Shown: in pieces, positions 31,651 through 42,868 of the stretch | Position numbering within the stretch: the first letter of the stretch is position 1 | Layout: each line of letters starts with the position of its first letter | Origin: a virus | Direction: 5' to 3' (one strand) | IMG/VR virus record: IMGVR_UViG_3300045303_000152 | Coordinates: 32,001-96,000 of that record | Length of the DNA stretch: 64,000 nucleotides | Program-made: the position numbers and the translations under genes | The notes under the pieces: model-generated | The model's input: only the letters and a program-made list of their open reading frames with translations | Told to the model about the DNA's origin: nothing | Database searches by the model: none

Positions 31651-33066
31651 CATCAATGGAGCACGAGAAAATGCGTAAGAATGCCAAAGTAGCTCGCTCA
31701 GACCGCGAGCTTACAAAACTAACTGATCTGGAGAGACTTGCGTGGCGCTTGGTCCGTCACGACGCGCACGCTGCCTTCAGAGAAGGTAGACCTGGATGTA
31801 TTGAACTGAAGCATCTTTACGCTTGGTTAGTAGAGCAGCGAAGCATTAAGCTCGGCCATCCATTACACAAGCTGTTATATCAGGAGTAAGCTTGAGTATA
31901 GCGTAGCCAACGAAACCTCAATGGAGCAGACTACCATGACCAACCGTGATTATGAAGAAACAGAAGCTAACAGGCGTAACCGCGATCATATGGAGCTCTG
32001 GACTGCTAACGCGATAGAAGCCTGTCGTAACGACCCCGAGTTCTTAGCCACGGGGCTTTGCCCAGTGTGTGTTTGCCACACCCCCTGCCTCTGTGACCAA
32101 GCGGCAATCGTCTCTCGCATGAGAGCCTTCTACGAACTGCACCGACCTGGACTCAAAAACGGCTATGCGCCTGCCACTATCAACTCTCACCCGCATAGCT
32201 TGCCGGAGGTGGGTGGCGGCGCACCGCTGCATTTGGGGACAGGTAGGGACCATCTGGACGAACTGCTTACGCGGCTCTACACGATAGTAGAAAAAGGGCT
32301 TGATGCGCGCAAGGCCGGTAAGGAAATCGACCCGCCTGTTACTACGGCCGAACGTATTGCGTGGGGAGAGCCAACCGCCGTGACTGAGCCCCGCCCTGAG
32401 AACCCCCCAGTCTTTGACAGCTTCGACTGGACCGGCGAGGTACGCGAGCCTCTGCTACTTAGGTTCTTCAGATGGCTCGCGCGGCCGCCAGTGATTAAGT
32501 AAGCCTTAGGAGAAAGAAATGTCAGTAGTTTGGAAAGAGACTGAGTGGGGGCGTAAACCCTACGGAAAGTGTGGACAAATAACGTGGCACTGCCCCTACG
32601 AACCTACCGATCCAATGTGCTGTCAGTACGCCGATATTCAAGCTAACAAGGCGCGAGCAGCAAAAAGGGAGTATCTCGAGCACAACAAGGCAGCATTCGA
32701 CGCCGAGTATGGACCTGAGGTAGTATCGCAGGCTGAGTATGACGATGGGCCAGTAGGAGATACCAACGGAGGCTAATATGGATACAGCAACATGGCAATT
32801 CATAGGAGTGCTAGTAGCGATTGGAAGTAACTTGATTACTACCGTGTACTTTCTAGCTCGGCTACAAGCAAAGGTCGAGGCACTTACTGATAGAATTGAT
32901 AGGCTTGAGGCTGATCTAAAACAAGACATTCGCGACCTAAGAAAAGATCTAAATGATGTCATCCGACGCATTGATAAAAGCAGTTACGTGCCTGGAAGTT
33001 AAGTTGAGTATGCCTAGTGAGTATCACTGCACCTGACTACCAAACCCCAATGAATGGAGAACTGCA

Positions 33067-33813
33067 ATGCAGAAGGTCAATGACACCTCAACCGACCGCC
33101 TGATCCGTTTCTCTTATACCGAGGGGGGCGGCTTGGGGCTCTTTATGATCGTGTTCAATGAGCCCGCACATGCGCATCACATTGGCAAGGCGATCAGCGA
33201 CCCCACTGATCGCATTGAGATTATGTGCGAAGGCAGACTGCCAGACGGTTCGTCCTTCTTTCGCATCAGCGTGCTGACTACCGCCAAGAATGGTGGCAAG
33301 GTCAGCTACGAGGCCCGCCCGATGGGCAAGCAGGTTTACGTCTACCGGCGTGCTGCGGTATTTTCCAAACTCTTCAAAAAGCCCGGCTCACGTGGGCAAG
33401 GGCTCGAACGCCCGTTCATGTTCGGTCGTACCGACGCTGTAGAACTTACTACGCTGCAAGTAGCAGAAGCTGGTGTAGATATGAACACGGTGAGTGACGC
33501 TGACTTCTTCATATCTGTTCCCATGGTCAACATGCCAGCGCCAAAGCCACGACCAAAGGAGGTCGCTAGGCAAGGGCGCAAGCGTAAGCCGGAGTCATTA
33601 GAAAACGTCGCTGCCGGCGAGTTCCACATGAACACTGCCGACTTGTTGACGGAGGCAGGCTTCAAATGGCTAGTAGAGCAGCTTAATGCAGCCATGCAGC
33701 ATAATCTAAACTTAGGCATCGCCGGCACCGAGGCCGAGCGAGTGGGTAAGGAAACTATGCTGCGGGGCACCTTGTCAGCGGTGCGCCGGCCTGTCACTTG
33801 GTCCAAATTATAA
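33067..33813 (+). CDS. Hypothetical protein
   Basis: 248-aa ORF with GGAG RBS. Confidence 0.65.
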   Translation: MQKVNDTSTDRLIRFSYTEGGGLGLFMIVFNEPAHAHHIGKAISDPTDRIEIMCEGRLPDGSSFFRISVLTTAKNGGKVSYEARPMGKQVYVYRRAAVFSKLFKKPGSRGQGLERPFMFGRTDAVELTTLQVAEAGVDMNTVSDADFFISVPMVNMPAPKPRPKEVARQGRKRKPESLENVAAGEFHMNTADLLTEAGFKWLVEQLNAAMQHNLNLGIAGTEAERVGKETMLRGTLSAVRRPVTWSKL

Positions 33814-33888
33814 CCTAGAACGCGGGTGTGTTAAGGTGAAAGGCAGTCGAGTACTCACTCGATTACCTTTCAACCTTGGAGAGACTTT

Positions 33889-34434
33889 ATGAAAGCCCCG
33901 CTCGTACTAATCCTAGCCCCCGTACTATTGCTATGGCCAGTCGCAGCCAAAGCGCAAGAACCTGACATGAAGTGGCTTAACCGCAACGTCGATTGTTTCT
34001 TCGGTCATTGCTATCGGGAACCTGCCCGTCGTGTGATTGTCATATATAGAAAGCAGAAGCAGGCTCGCATTTATCGAGATAGGTATAGAGAACGCGATGT
34101 GAACTATGACCGATATGATCGTGATAGGTATGATCGGTATGGCAGGCACGAGCGAGGTAGTGAGGGCGAGCATGGGTGTAAATCTCGAGTAGTGATTGCC
34201 GGCAATCAACATCTTACCGTCGCGGGCGCGAAAAAAGCCGCCGACGATGTCTGGGCCGGCATGGTGCGATTTCGCTATGGAGAAATGTTTATGGATCTCG
34301 ATAACGCGCGGCGGGTTAGCTACACCTGTTCGCGTAGCTCAATTGCTGAGGGTGGTGTTGCTAACCTTGGCCAAACGTTGACCCGCTGCGAGATCGAAGC
34401 CGCGCCCTGCGCTGCTAAAAGAGACAACAAGTAA
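33889..34434 (+). CDS. Secreted Cys-containing protein
   Basis: Signal peptide ending AKA; YDR repeats; six Cys. Confidence 0.65.
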   Translation: MKAPLVLILAPVLLLWPVAAKAQEPDMKWLNRNVDCFFGHCYREPARRVIVIYRKQKQARIYRDRYRERDVNYDRYDRDRYDRYGRHERGSEGEHGCKSRVVIAGNQHLTVAGAKKAADDVWAGMVRFRYGEMFMDLDNARRVSYTCSRSSIAEGGVANLGQTLTRCEIEAAPCAAKRDNK

Positions 34435-34885
34435 AAGGAGCAGTGCGATGTACGATATCATCAACTCGACCGTCAACTTAGGTCACATCCCTCTAACCAG
34501 TTTACTGCCGATAGTTTTGGCTTTCCTATTGTTCTATTGGGCGATGTATCAGGTACGACGGGATATCAAAGCCCTCACTGCACAGCTCAAAGGATTAGAT
34601 ACCATCACTACCGTTGACGCGAAACTGGTTAGTGCCCTCGAATTGATTGAGGACCAGCGCACGCTTATCAAAGAACAGACCAAGCGCATGGACGACATCG
34701 AGCGTGGAATTCGAGAGGTAGCTGTCAATACTGCCGCGGATGTGGCTTTGGCCCTAGAGAAAGCTTTACAAAAGACTCGTGGACGATACCGGCTGGTAGT
34801 CCACAAGCCTACACTCAAACTAGCCGAAGCCTTGAAGTCCGTCGAAGTAGCAGCATCGTAACTCAGGCGTGTAAGTAGAACTTGG

Positions 34886-34899
34886 GTTCAAATTTGAAC
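34886..34899. promoter_or_regulatory. Palindrome copy 5
   Basis: tagaac-ttgg-GTTCAAATTTGAACcc, intergenic before an RBS. Confidence 0.7.
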
Positions 34900-34921
34900 C
34901 CTAGACCAAGGAGAACTAGCC

Positions 34922-35491
34922 GTGCAGAACCGCGACTGTTTGGAAGCCCTCGCTATCTTGCTCGAGACCCATGACTTCAAGCCCGGCAAGTTCCACCTCC
35001 ACAGCTTCATGAGCTCTTACGCCTATCTCCATGACACTTACATGAGCTCTTACGCCTATCTCCATGCCACTTATGGGATAGGGGATGACCCGATATACCC
35101 CATAATCAAGAAGCTAGCCTCGCGGCACAATGGCATGGCGCCAATTGTTAAGGATGGGCAGCTTATTGACTGCCGCACCGTTGGCTGCGCGATTGGCTGG
35201 GGCATTGTTCTACTTCCGATTTTTAAGGAGCGAGGGCTGACGTTTAGCCAGCCGTGTAGAAGCGGCGGCTACGACGTTTTGGGTATTGAGTATAGACCCC
35301 CAAACCCCCGAGAGCACAACGTCGGCATGTATGCTGTAGAGAGGTTCTTTGACCTGTCTACAACAGTGGCACACTGGCTATTCGTGGCGCATGAGTATAG
35401 CGTGCCCGAGCGGTCGAACCCGAAAGCAGTTGCCAGCCGCATTCGTGAGGTGTTAGCAAACCCAGAGCTAGCTAAACCCTCGTACACCTAA
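34922..35491 (+). CDS. Hypothetical protein with an internal 11-aa duplication
   Basis: AGGAG RBS; C.TVGCAIGW motif. Confidence 0.65.
   Translation: MQNRDCLEALAILLETHDFKPGKFHLHSFMSSYAYLHDTYMSSYAYLHATYGIGDDPIYPIIKKLASRHNGMAPIVKDGQLIDCRTVGCAIGWGIVLLPIFKERGLTFSQPCRSGGYDVLGIEYRPPNPREHNVGMYAVERFFDLSTTVAHWLFVAHEYSVPERSNPKAVASRIREVLANPELAKPSYT
35008..35073 (+). repeat. 33-bp tandem duplication
   Basis: catgagctcttacgcctatctccatg(a/c)cactta twice. Confidence 0.9.
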
Positions 35492-36335
35492 AAGTTTGCA
35501 ACGTTGGTAAAAGGAGAATTACGCATGAAGCCTAGAAAACCCCAAAAACCCCAACCGCTCCCCGCTGTGCGACTGCCGCCACTAGCTGCGCCCTACTGCG
35601 AGACCTACCAGTACCGCATAGACACTAACCATGTCATCACCTTGTGGGGCAAGCAGGGTGACACGTTTCATGTCGGCATGGCAATGCACCTCAATCTGCT
35701 GCGCAACCTGTACGAAAGGGTGATGACATCTGCAGCTGAAATGTCGCAGAGACAGCAGCAGGCAAACGCGACCGCTCAAAAGGCCGCGGTCAATGGCAAG
35801 GATGAGCCAAAGCTGGTAGAACCCGAGCCTGCAAAATCCGAGCTGGTAGAAACTAAACCTGAGGAGAAGCAACCATGATACAGGCTACCGCCACAGCCGA
35901 ACTCCGCTGGGTACTGCGCCCAGTAATCACCGGCGCCGCAGCTACGCTGGAACAGCCCCCCGCCGTGCCTATTCTGCAGCGCCGGTTCCATGCCGTCGAG
36001 AACCCCGGCGGCCACAACGAGCGCAGTTACTTCCTTTGGCTCGACGTTCCTACTATTGCCGAGCCCGAGGCTGACAGGTTGGCCAGAGTAAAGGCTGAGA
36101 ATGCTATGGCAGCCAGCCAGCTGACGTTGCAATGGCCGAGCGTCAAGTTGTTCGGTTAAGTGCGTAGATAGTGCTTGCGTCAAACGATAAAGGAACGTCA
36201 CTATGACAGGTCAAGACGTACTCGTGATCGCAGGCAGCCTAGGCTTCTTCGCCTACTCGTACTTCCTTTATAAATGGGGGTACGGGATGGGCCTAGCCGA
36301 CGGTACCGCAACAGCCTACACATGCGATGTAGAGG

Positions 36336-36932
36336 CTAGGCAGTCGGTGGAGCGCTTTCAATCCGAGCGCGCTTCGCCAAAAAAGCTTCACTGAGTTTGA
36401 AGACTAGCCTCCGGGCCTTTTCACTTTCGTTTGGAATTTGCATCACAGTGACAAACCCGGAGGCTAGCATTCGTTCCTCGCCCTCAGTACGGCGCCTGAT
36501 GTCGGTAACGACCAAGCCATTATCCGTCAGACAGCGTCGGGCGAGATCCGTGTAGGCTTAGATATTATAGTGATGCCCCCATGAGCGGAAGGATACTATC
36601 AAGTCGACGGGTGGGATCACTAGGTTCGGGTCTGCGATGTGCCAATAGCATTCGACGTGCGGCAGCCGAGCTACGAAGTTGTTGTAGCCATCTCTAACGT
36701 CTGACCATGCCTCTGGCACCTTTTCGGTATAGCCGCCGTTGTTACCTGTGTCCTTACAGCTGCCGCCAGTACCATCCATTAAGTGAACTCGACCAATCTT
36801 GTAGTGCTCGGCAATCAGCAAACTTTTGACGGCGCGGCCTGAGCCGATGTCTAACATGGACTGTGGCTTGATATCGGGCAATGCCTCGACAAAGCCTGCG
36901 AAGGTCTTTTGAGCCCTGTACAAACCCGACAT
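36336..36932 (-). pseudogene. Class I SAM methyltransferase paralog interrupted by an in-frame TAA
   Basis: LDIGSG, HLMDG.G, SWGHHY. After TAA (36558-36560) the frame continues AYTDLARRCLTDNGLVVTDIRRRTEG..GF..IP..S.K, aligning with the C-terminus of 38128-38763. Confidence 0.8.
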
Positions 36933-37767
36933 GGTTTTCCCTCTACTTAACCCCAACCGTATGTGATTATAGCAAACCCTCAACCAGTGAGCAAGGAGTG
37001 ACTATGATCTTCCCAATCGAAAGCAGGCTGTACATGGAGAATGACAGGTTTATGCTGCAATGGCGCGGCCATCAGTACGTCGGAAGTGGAGCTGGCGGCG
37101 GCGGAGCCGGCAGTGGCGGCGGTGGTCCGGCGAACACTAGCGAGTGCGGTGGAACGGTCGACTTAACCTCACACATCGAAGGGATAATTCGCCACGTACT
37201 GGACTCGTACTTCACGGGCAAAAGGCCAACCTGACATAAGCAAGGAGTTACCTCAATGCGTCTAATTCTACCCATCGTGCTGCTAGTGACGAAAGTGTAC
37301 GAGATCTATGAAGCCTGCAAGCTCAGATGCCTCAAGCTGAGGAGGGGACGATGAAAACTCGTGTTATATGGGAGGTAATGATTGCATGGAAACATCCATG
37401 CAAAGGTGTTGAGTACGAAGTGTATTACATAACCAGCCAATGGGAGTTAGTGGTACTTATAGATAAATGCACCGATCCTTTCTATTTATCAATGCAAATA
37501 GCCTAATATTAGGGTTGTCTAAGCAAGGGGCAATATGCTAGGTCTTACCCGACCATCGAGGGTTTAGTAGGAGGGACTAAGATGAGCAGCAAGGTACTCG
37601 ATCTCTATAACGCAGCTTCGCCGTACTTGGCCAAAGCTTGGGCTTGGCTGGAGCAGGCTGCCGCGCAAGTATTCATCTGGGCAAAAACCTACACCCATGC
37701 CACCATGTTCATCATTGGGTTCTTCTTAGGCTTGCTCGCTAGTCGCTTCATCTAAGGAAAGTAATAA

Positions 37768-38121
37768 ATGTGGAAGTCGCTCAGGGCGTGCTTGATTGCT
37801 TTGCTTGTCGGCGGGCATGGCTGGTACCCTCATGAGTGTTGCAGCGGGTTGGATTGCGCCGAGGTAACGCAATTTTCCCACCCGATTGGGGAACAACTCG
37901 AGGCGTTGATTGTACCGGGCACACCAACCCCACCCATGATCGGTGACATCGGGCCACTGGCCGTAACGACCAAATATGGAACTGTCGTCGTGCCTGATAA
38001 ATTCCCTCGACGGCGCTCAGAAGATAGTAACTGGCACGCATGCATTCGCATAGTCATGAAGAATAACGTGGTGCTGCTGCGTCGCCTGCTGTGCTTGTTC
38101 GAACCCGATCCAACATTGTAG
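37768..38121 (+). CDS. Secreted Cys-rich protein
   Basis: Signal peptide, H.WYP.ECCSG.DC, S.D..WHACI, LCLF.P. Confidence 0.7.
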   Translation: MWKSLRACLIALLVGGHGWYPHECCSGLDCAEVTQFSHPIGEQLEALIVPGTPTPPMIGDIGPLAVTTKYGTVVVPDKFPRRRSEDSNWHACIRIVMKNNVVLLRRLLCLFEPDPTL

Positions 38122-38127
38122 AGTGCT

Positions 38128-38763
38128 ATGCAAATTATCGAAGGCATACACTTCCCTCAGCCGGTGCTGGATCACTTGAATGCAATTGCGCCCACGTGGG
38201 CGCAAACATTGATTGACCGAGCGTGGATGGCTTACATCACTATGGAGAAAGCCCTTAACCACGCAGTCGAGCGGAATGAAGTCAAAACCCTGCTCGACAT
38301 AGGTGCTGACGCCGGCATGATTGATATTCTGCTGGGCGCCACCTCACAATTCCCCCAACTGACCGACATTTATTTGCTTGACGGCGATGGCACAAGCACG
38401 CGCCTCACTGAGAAGTACAGCGCAGAGCAGGTAGCCTGGAACAACGTGCATATGGGCGTCGAGCTGGTGAAGGCTAACGTTAGCTCCACCATTGCCGTGC
38501 ATGCCGTGAAGCCAGACCCGAGCTTGATACTGCCTCAAGCCATGGATGTTATAATCAGCCTCAAGTCGTGGGGGCATCACTATCCCGTCGAGGTGTATCT
38601 CGAGTTCGTGAAGCATAACTTGGCTGCAACCGGCGTCGTGCTGCTCGACATCCGCGAAAATACTAACGGCCGCCAAGTGTTAGAGGCTAACGGCTTCAAG
38701 GTAGTCGAGTTGATACCTGATAGATCCTCAAAGTGCCAACGTATGTTACTAAGGCGGAACTGA
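38128..38763 (+). CDS. Class I SAM methyltransferase
   Basis: LLDIGADAG, YLLDGDG, DVIISLKSWGHHYP, LLDIR. Confidence 0.8.
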   Translation: MQIIEGIHFPQPVLDHLNAIAPTWAQTLIDRAWMAYITMEKALNHAVERNEVKTLLDIGADAGMIDILLGATSQFPQLTDIYLLDGDGTSTRLTEKYSAEQVAWNNVHMGVELVKANVSSTIAVHAVKPDPSLILPQAMDVIISLKSWGHHYPVEVYLEFVKHNLAATGVVLLDIRENTNGRQVLEANGFKVVELIPDRSSKCQRMLLRRN

Positions 38764-39003
38764 AGGGGTAAATCAAATGTCAAGATACCTTTACCCTCGT
38801 GAAGAGCGAGGCACTAACGTCGAGCTACCAGCTACTCTCGCTCAATGGAGGGCTAATGTCGCCTATCGCTGCAAGCTGTGTGACACGGTAGTATGGACCA
38901 ACACGAAGATCGAGCCGGTCGACGTACCCATCACGCGGGTTGAGCTGTTCAATTTCAAGATCGTGAAGCCTGCAGAACCTACTAATTCATGGAGCTTGCA
39001 GCG

Positions 39004-39639
39004 ATGCGTATCAACTGGACTGAAAAGTCAGTAGAGTATTTGAACCGGCACAATAAGCAGGGCGACGATAACTTTGCCCTGTTCGCTAAGCAGCAGATCA
39101 GAGCTCAGAAGCGCCTCGACGACATAGCACGGGTTGTCGATGAGTGGAGGCCAACTCGCTCGCTCGACATCGGGTGCGGGCTGGGCGTGATTGATATCCT
39201 ACTTGCCGATCGCTATGATCTGGCTCACATTCACTTGCTCGACGGCGACGGCAGCAGCCCTATTCAGCACGACTATCAGTCTGACATGCAGCCGTGGAAT
39301 GACGTGTTTGCGGCAGCCGAGCTTGTGCAGAAAAACGTGGGTAAGGAAGTATCGGTCTACCCTCATTTGGTAGTGTCAGCGGGTGAGTCCATGGCTTCGA
39401 TGGCCAAGGAGATTGGCTGGCTCGACATGGTGTGTAGCTTCAAGTCGTGGGGCGTCCACTATCCCGTCAGCACCTACCTGCAATTCGTGCACGAGGTTTT
39501 GCGCCCTGGGGGTTTGCTGGTCATCGACATTCGCGAGGAGCGTGGCGATGGTGACAAGAACAACCAAGTCGAGCAGGCTGGCTTTCGGCTCGTGAAGCAG
39601 TTGGACGCGCGAGTTCGCACGTTCAGGAGAGGCATATGA
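39004..39639 (+). CDS. Class I SAM methyltransferase
   Basis: LDIGCGLG, HLLDGDG, SFKSWGVHYP, LRPGG, IDIR. Confidence 0.88.
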   Translation: MRINWTEKSVEYLNRHNKQGDDNFALFAKQQIRAQKRLDDIARVVDEWRPTRSLDIGCGLGVIDILLADRYDLAHIHLLDGDGSSPIQHDYQSDMQPWNDVFAAAELVQKNVGKEVSVYPHLVVSAGESMASMAKEIGWLDMVCSFKSWGVHYPVSTYLQFVHEVLRPGGLLVIDIREERGDGDKNNQVEQAGFRLVKQLDARVRTFRRGI

Positions 39640-40526
39640 AAGTCGGCTTCTTTTGCTCAAAGCGCCCTCGCTGCATTGAGTTCGCAGAGCTGTTTCGATT
39701 TGGCGTGCAGCGGTGCGGCGACGAGTTAGCTATCAGACCGGTGCTGAAAGCTCATGGCGATCCTCATGAGGTTGATGGGGAAATAGTACCTGATGTGGAT
39801 GTAGCGATCATCAATGCAATCCTGCACCGCAAAGCTTTCAAGACCATGTACGATGCCGGCATTCCAGTTGTGTACATCGACAAGGCTTATAATCGGAATT
39901 GGGACTGGCGGCGTGTCAGCATTGGCGCGCACCAGCCAACGCACTACCTAGGCTTTAGAGGCAAGCGTGATGGACGCCGAGTACAGTTCGGGTGGGAACC
40001 TGCAACGTGGCGCCGCAAAGGTTCGCACGTGTTGCTAGCGTGGTCAGATAACCGCGATCATGAGTGGCGCGGCTGGCCCCCGCCGGAAGTTCATGTCAGA
40101 CCTGTCATTATCGGCTTGCAGCATTTCACCGACCGCAAACTCTACTATGGCGCCAAGCCGAACTATCATCCAAGTGCTTCAATCACTAGCCTACTCGACA
40201 TTCGCAATCTAACCCCTGATGCACAAATCTCTGATTACTTTACGGGTTGTCATGCGTTGGTAACTCCCGGTACCAGTGTGTGCTTGCAGGCTATGTTGGT
40301 AGGTATTCCTACCATCGTGCTCGCTGATGCCATAGTGCGCAGCATATCCTCTACATGCATTTGCCAGATCGAAAGCCCGTACCTAGCAACCCAACATGAG
40401 CGCATTCAGCTACTCAATGATCTTGCTTACTGTCAGTGGCATAAGGGGGAGTTTGCCGATGGCACAGCTTGGTTCGATATTCGTGACCAGTTAGAGGAAG
40501 GGGTAGGAGTCAATGTCAAATCGTAG
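39636..40526 (+). CDS. Glycosyltransferase-like protein (GT-B, capsule-synthesis-like)
   Basis: IDKAY, RVS, ALVT..TSV...AM..GIP, C-terminal LAYCQW...E...G.AW; paralog of 41996-42868. Confidence 0.6.
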   Translation: MKVGFFCSKRPRCIEFAELFRFGVQRCGDELAIRPVLKAHGDPHEVDGEIVPDVDVAIINAILHRKAFKTMYDAGIPVVYIDKAYNRNWDWRRVSIGAHQPTHYLGFRGKRDGRRVQFGWEPATWRRKGSHVLLAWSDNRDHEWRGWPPPEVHVRPVIIGLQHFTDRKLYYGAKPNYHPSASITSLLDIRNLTPDAQISDYFTGCHALVTPGTSVCLQAMLVGIPTIVLADAIVRSISSTCICQIESPYLATQHERIQLLNDLAYCQWHKGEFADGTAWFDIRDQLEEGVGVNVKS

Positions 40527-41303
40527 CGGCGCCTACTTGCTGTCAGAAACCTATAACTTGCAAGCTGCAAGCGAGGGTATGTTGGTAGTGCCGAAGCTCA
40601 GGCGACGGCAGCCTAAGCAGACGATGCTGCCTAAAGATCCGCCATTGGTTAGGCAGTTTCGCTGGACTACCCCCGAAAGCGTGCTGGCTCGTATCAAGGA
40701 ACTCGCGAGCCAGCCGCTCCGTACAGCACCAACTGGGTTTGCGCTCAACTACAAAAGGCGCGACCAATGCCAAAGGGTGATCCCATGAAGTACATTCTGA
40801 TTTGGTATATCTTACAAGCGAGTGGGTCAGCTATCGCATCAGGTGGCATGACTTCTGGCTCAGCCGAGTTCAACGATCAAAAGAGCTGCGAGCTTGCGGC
40901 CGAGCAAATCAAGTCGTGGAATGACAAGGCCAAAACTGCGTGCATGGAAAAGGGTGAGTAAGGAGTGGGGTGATGAATACCAAGTTTGTGAAGCATCTGA
41001 AAGTAGGGGATCGCGTTCGGGTACAAGACCCTGAAGGCGTAGGCAAGGTGACATACGTTGGACGTTCTATAATGTTCACGGCGTCGGGCGGGTGCTTTAG
41101 AATAGATGCTGACTTGGTAGCCGGCCCAAATGCCGGCAAATCGGTGTGGGATCAGCACCTGCCCGGCGATGCTGAAATCGAAGTCTACCCAGTTCACTAG
41201 GAGTAACGAACATGATGACGTATGCGCAAGGTTGGATCATCATCGGTGAGCTTGCCTTTGTCATCTTTCTAATCATTTACAACATTGGTATCGGAGGCCC
41301 ACA

Positions 41304-41999
41304 ATGATTACGGTAACGCAAACCGAGCTCTATGCTCATGTGTGCAGTGGGGTTCATGGGGCGAAGTTGTCGACCTACCCATTCACGCACATCAGCATGA
41401 GGAACTTCCTGCCGCAGTTTCTGTACGGGCGGCTTATCAATTCACTGCCGGCGCCTGAGCTCTATACCCCGTTGAGCGATACTCGCGCGCAATTCGTATT
41501 CACGCCCGAGAACCAAGCGAAGCTGCCGGCCGATACGGTCGGAGTTTGGATGGACCTGCTCAAAGTGTTCAATGAGATTGGGTTCAAACAGACCATGTTC
41601 AACAAGCTGGCCAGCGGGTTGAAGCATCGCTTTGGCGATAAGACCCTCGACGACATCGACTGCGACATGGATATCAGGTTGATGCGTGACACGGCTGGCT
41701 ATGGCATTCTGCCTCACTGCGATACCATGAAGAAGATAATCACGATGCAAATCTACCTGCCGGCCACCGATCGCTATATGGATAGCGGTACGGTCATGTA
41801 CAAGAAAGACGTAGTCGCTGATGGTGAGGAATACGTTGAGGTAGTGCGCTTTCCCTTCATACCGAATTTCAGCTATGCATTCGTCGTCAACAATAAGGAG
41901 CCTCACCAAAGCTGGCACGGGGTAGAAACTCTGCCACCTGATTTCCCCGGCGCGCGCAACAGTCTGCTTGTGATGTTCAATGCTGTAGGTGGTAAATGA
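41304..41999 (+). CDS. 2OG-Fe(II) oxygenase
   Basis: PF.H....NFLP, HxD in PHCD, IYLP, GT, distal SWHGV, RNSL. Confidence 0.88.
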   Translation: MITVTQTELYAHVCSGVHGAKLSTYPFTHISMRNFLPQFLYGRLINSLPAPELYTPLSDTRAQFVFTPENQAKLPADTVGVWMDLLKVFNEIGFKQTMFNKLASGLKHRFGDKTLDDIDCDMDIRLMRDTAGYGILPHCDTMKKIITMQIYLPATDRYMDSGTVMYKKDVVADGEEYVEVVRFPFIPNFSYAFVVNNKEPHQSWHGVETLPPDFPGARNSLLVMFNAVGGK

Positions 42000-42868
42000 A
42001 ATTCGCCTATCATCTGCGAGGCGAACGCCCTCGACAGAAGCAACTGTGTACTGCATTGCAAGCCGGCGCTGCCAAGCATGGGGATGAGGTAATCCCCATC
42101 GTTGGCTACCTAGGCCCAGAACCTAACGTCGATGGCGTGATACTGCTAGGCGTCAGCGGCCTTCACCACAGAATAAGCAACCGCATGGTGTACGATGCTT
42201 ATCTCGCCAAGGGTAAGCGAACGATGCTGTTCGACAAGGGCTATGTGCGGAAGGACAGTAGCGACCGCGACTACTTGCGGGTGTGCGTCGATGGGTTCCA
42301 GCCACTCAGCTACTTCATGAACACAACCAGACCCAATGACAGATTTAAGCAGTTGGGTATCAAGCTAAGGCCCTACGCCACCAAAGGCGACTACTTCTTG
42401 CTGGATGGTGTCAGTCAGAAGTACTGCGCTTGGCATGGCATCGACAGTCACCTTGCCTGGGGCTTGAGCGTAATTGAGAAGATCAGGGCACACAGCAACC
42501 GCCCCATCGTTTACCGGCTTAAGAAGTCAGCGGCGAACTACAAGGCTCTGCGCGACATGCTGCGTACGACCATATCGAAGCGTGATCTGGCTGACGATAT
42601 GAAACGCGCCATGATCGTCATCAGCCACGGCGGCAATCTGGGTTGGGATGCCATGATGAATGGTCGCGCTCACTTTGCTATCGGCCCGAGCATTGCTAGA
42701 AGGGTAAGCGAAACCGACTGGGATAAAATTCACACGCCGTATGTACCTAGTGAGGCAGAGCGCTATCAGTTGATGTGCAATGTTGCGTACTGTCAATGGA
42801 CCGTGGCCGAGCTAGCGAGCGGTGAGGGATGGGCAGTCATCAACCAGCAGTTAGAGGAAACCAAATGA
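41996..42868 (+). CDS. Glycosyltransferase-like protein (GT-B, capsule-synthesis-like)
   Basis: FDKGY, RV...G.QP, DRF..LGI, RPIVYR, VAYCQWT..EL..G.GW. Confidence 0.6.
   Translation: MKFAYHLRGERPRQKQLCTALQAGAAKHGDEVIPIVGYLGPEPNVDGVILLGVSGLHHRISNRMVYDAYLAKGKRTMLFDKGYVRKDSSDRDYLRVCVDGFQPLSYFMNTTRPNDRFKQLGIKLRPYATKGDYFLLDGVSQKYCAWHGIDSHLAWGLSVIEKIRAHSNRPIVYRLKKSAANYKALRDMLRTTISKRDLADDMKRAMIVISHGGNLGWDAMMNGRAHFAIGPSIARRVSETDWDKIHTPYVPSEAERYQLMCNVAYCQWTVAELASGEGWAVINQQLEETK

Noticed and set aside
12277-36932. Stop-codon reassignment suggested by two in-frame stops (TGA at 12310, TAA at 36558)
   Set aside because: The two codons differ, all three stops end genes normally elsewhere, long genes are intact and no suppressor tRNA is seen.
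38128-39639. Methyltransferases as DNA adenine or cytosine methylases
   Set aside because: No DPPY/NPPY or PCQ catalytic motifs; size and motifs fit small-molecule or sugar methyltransferases.
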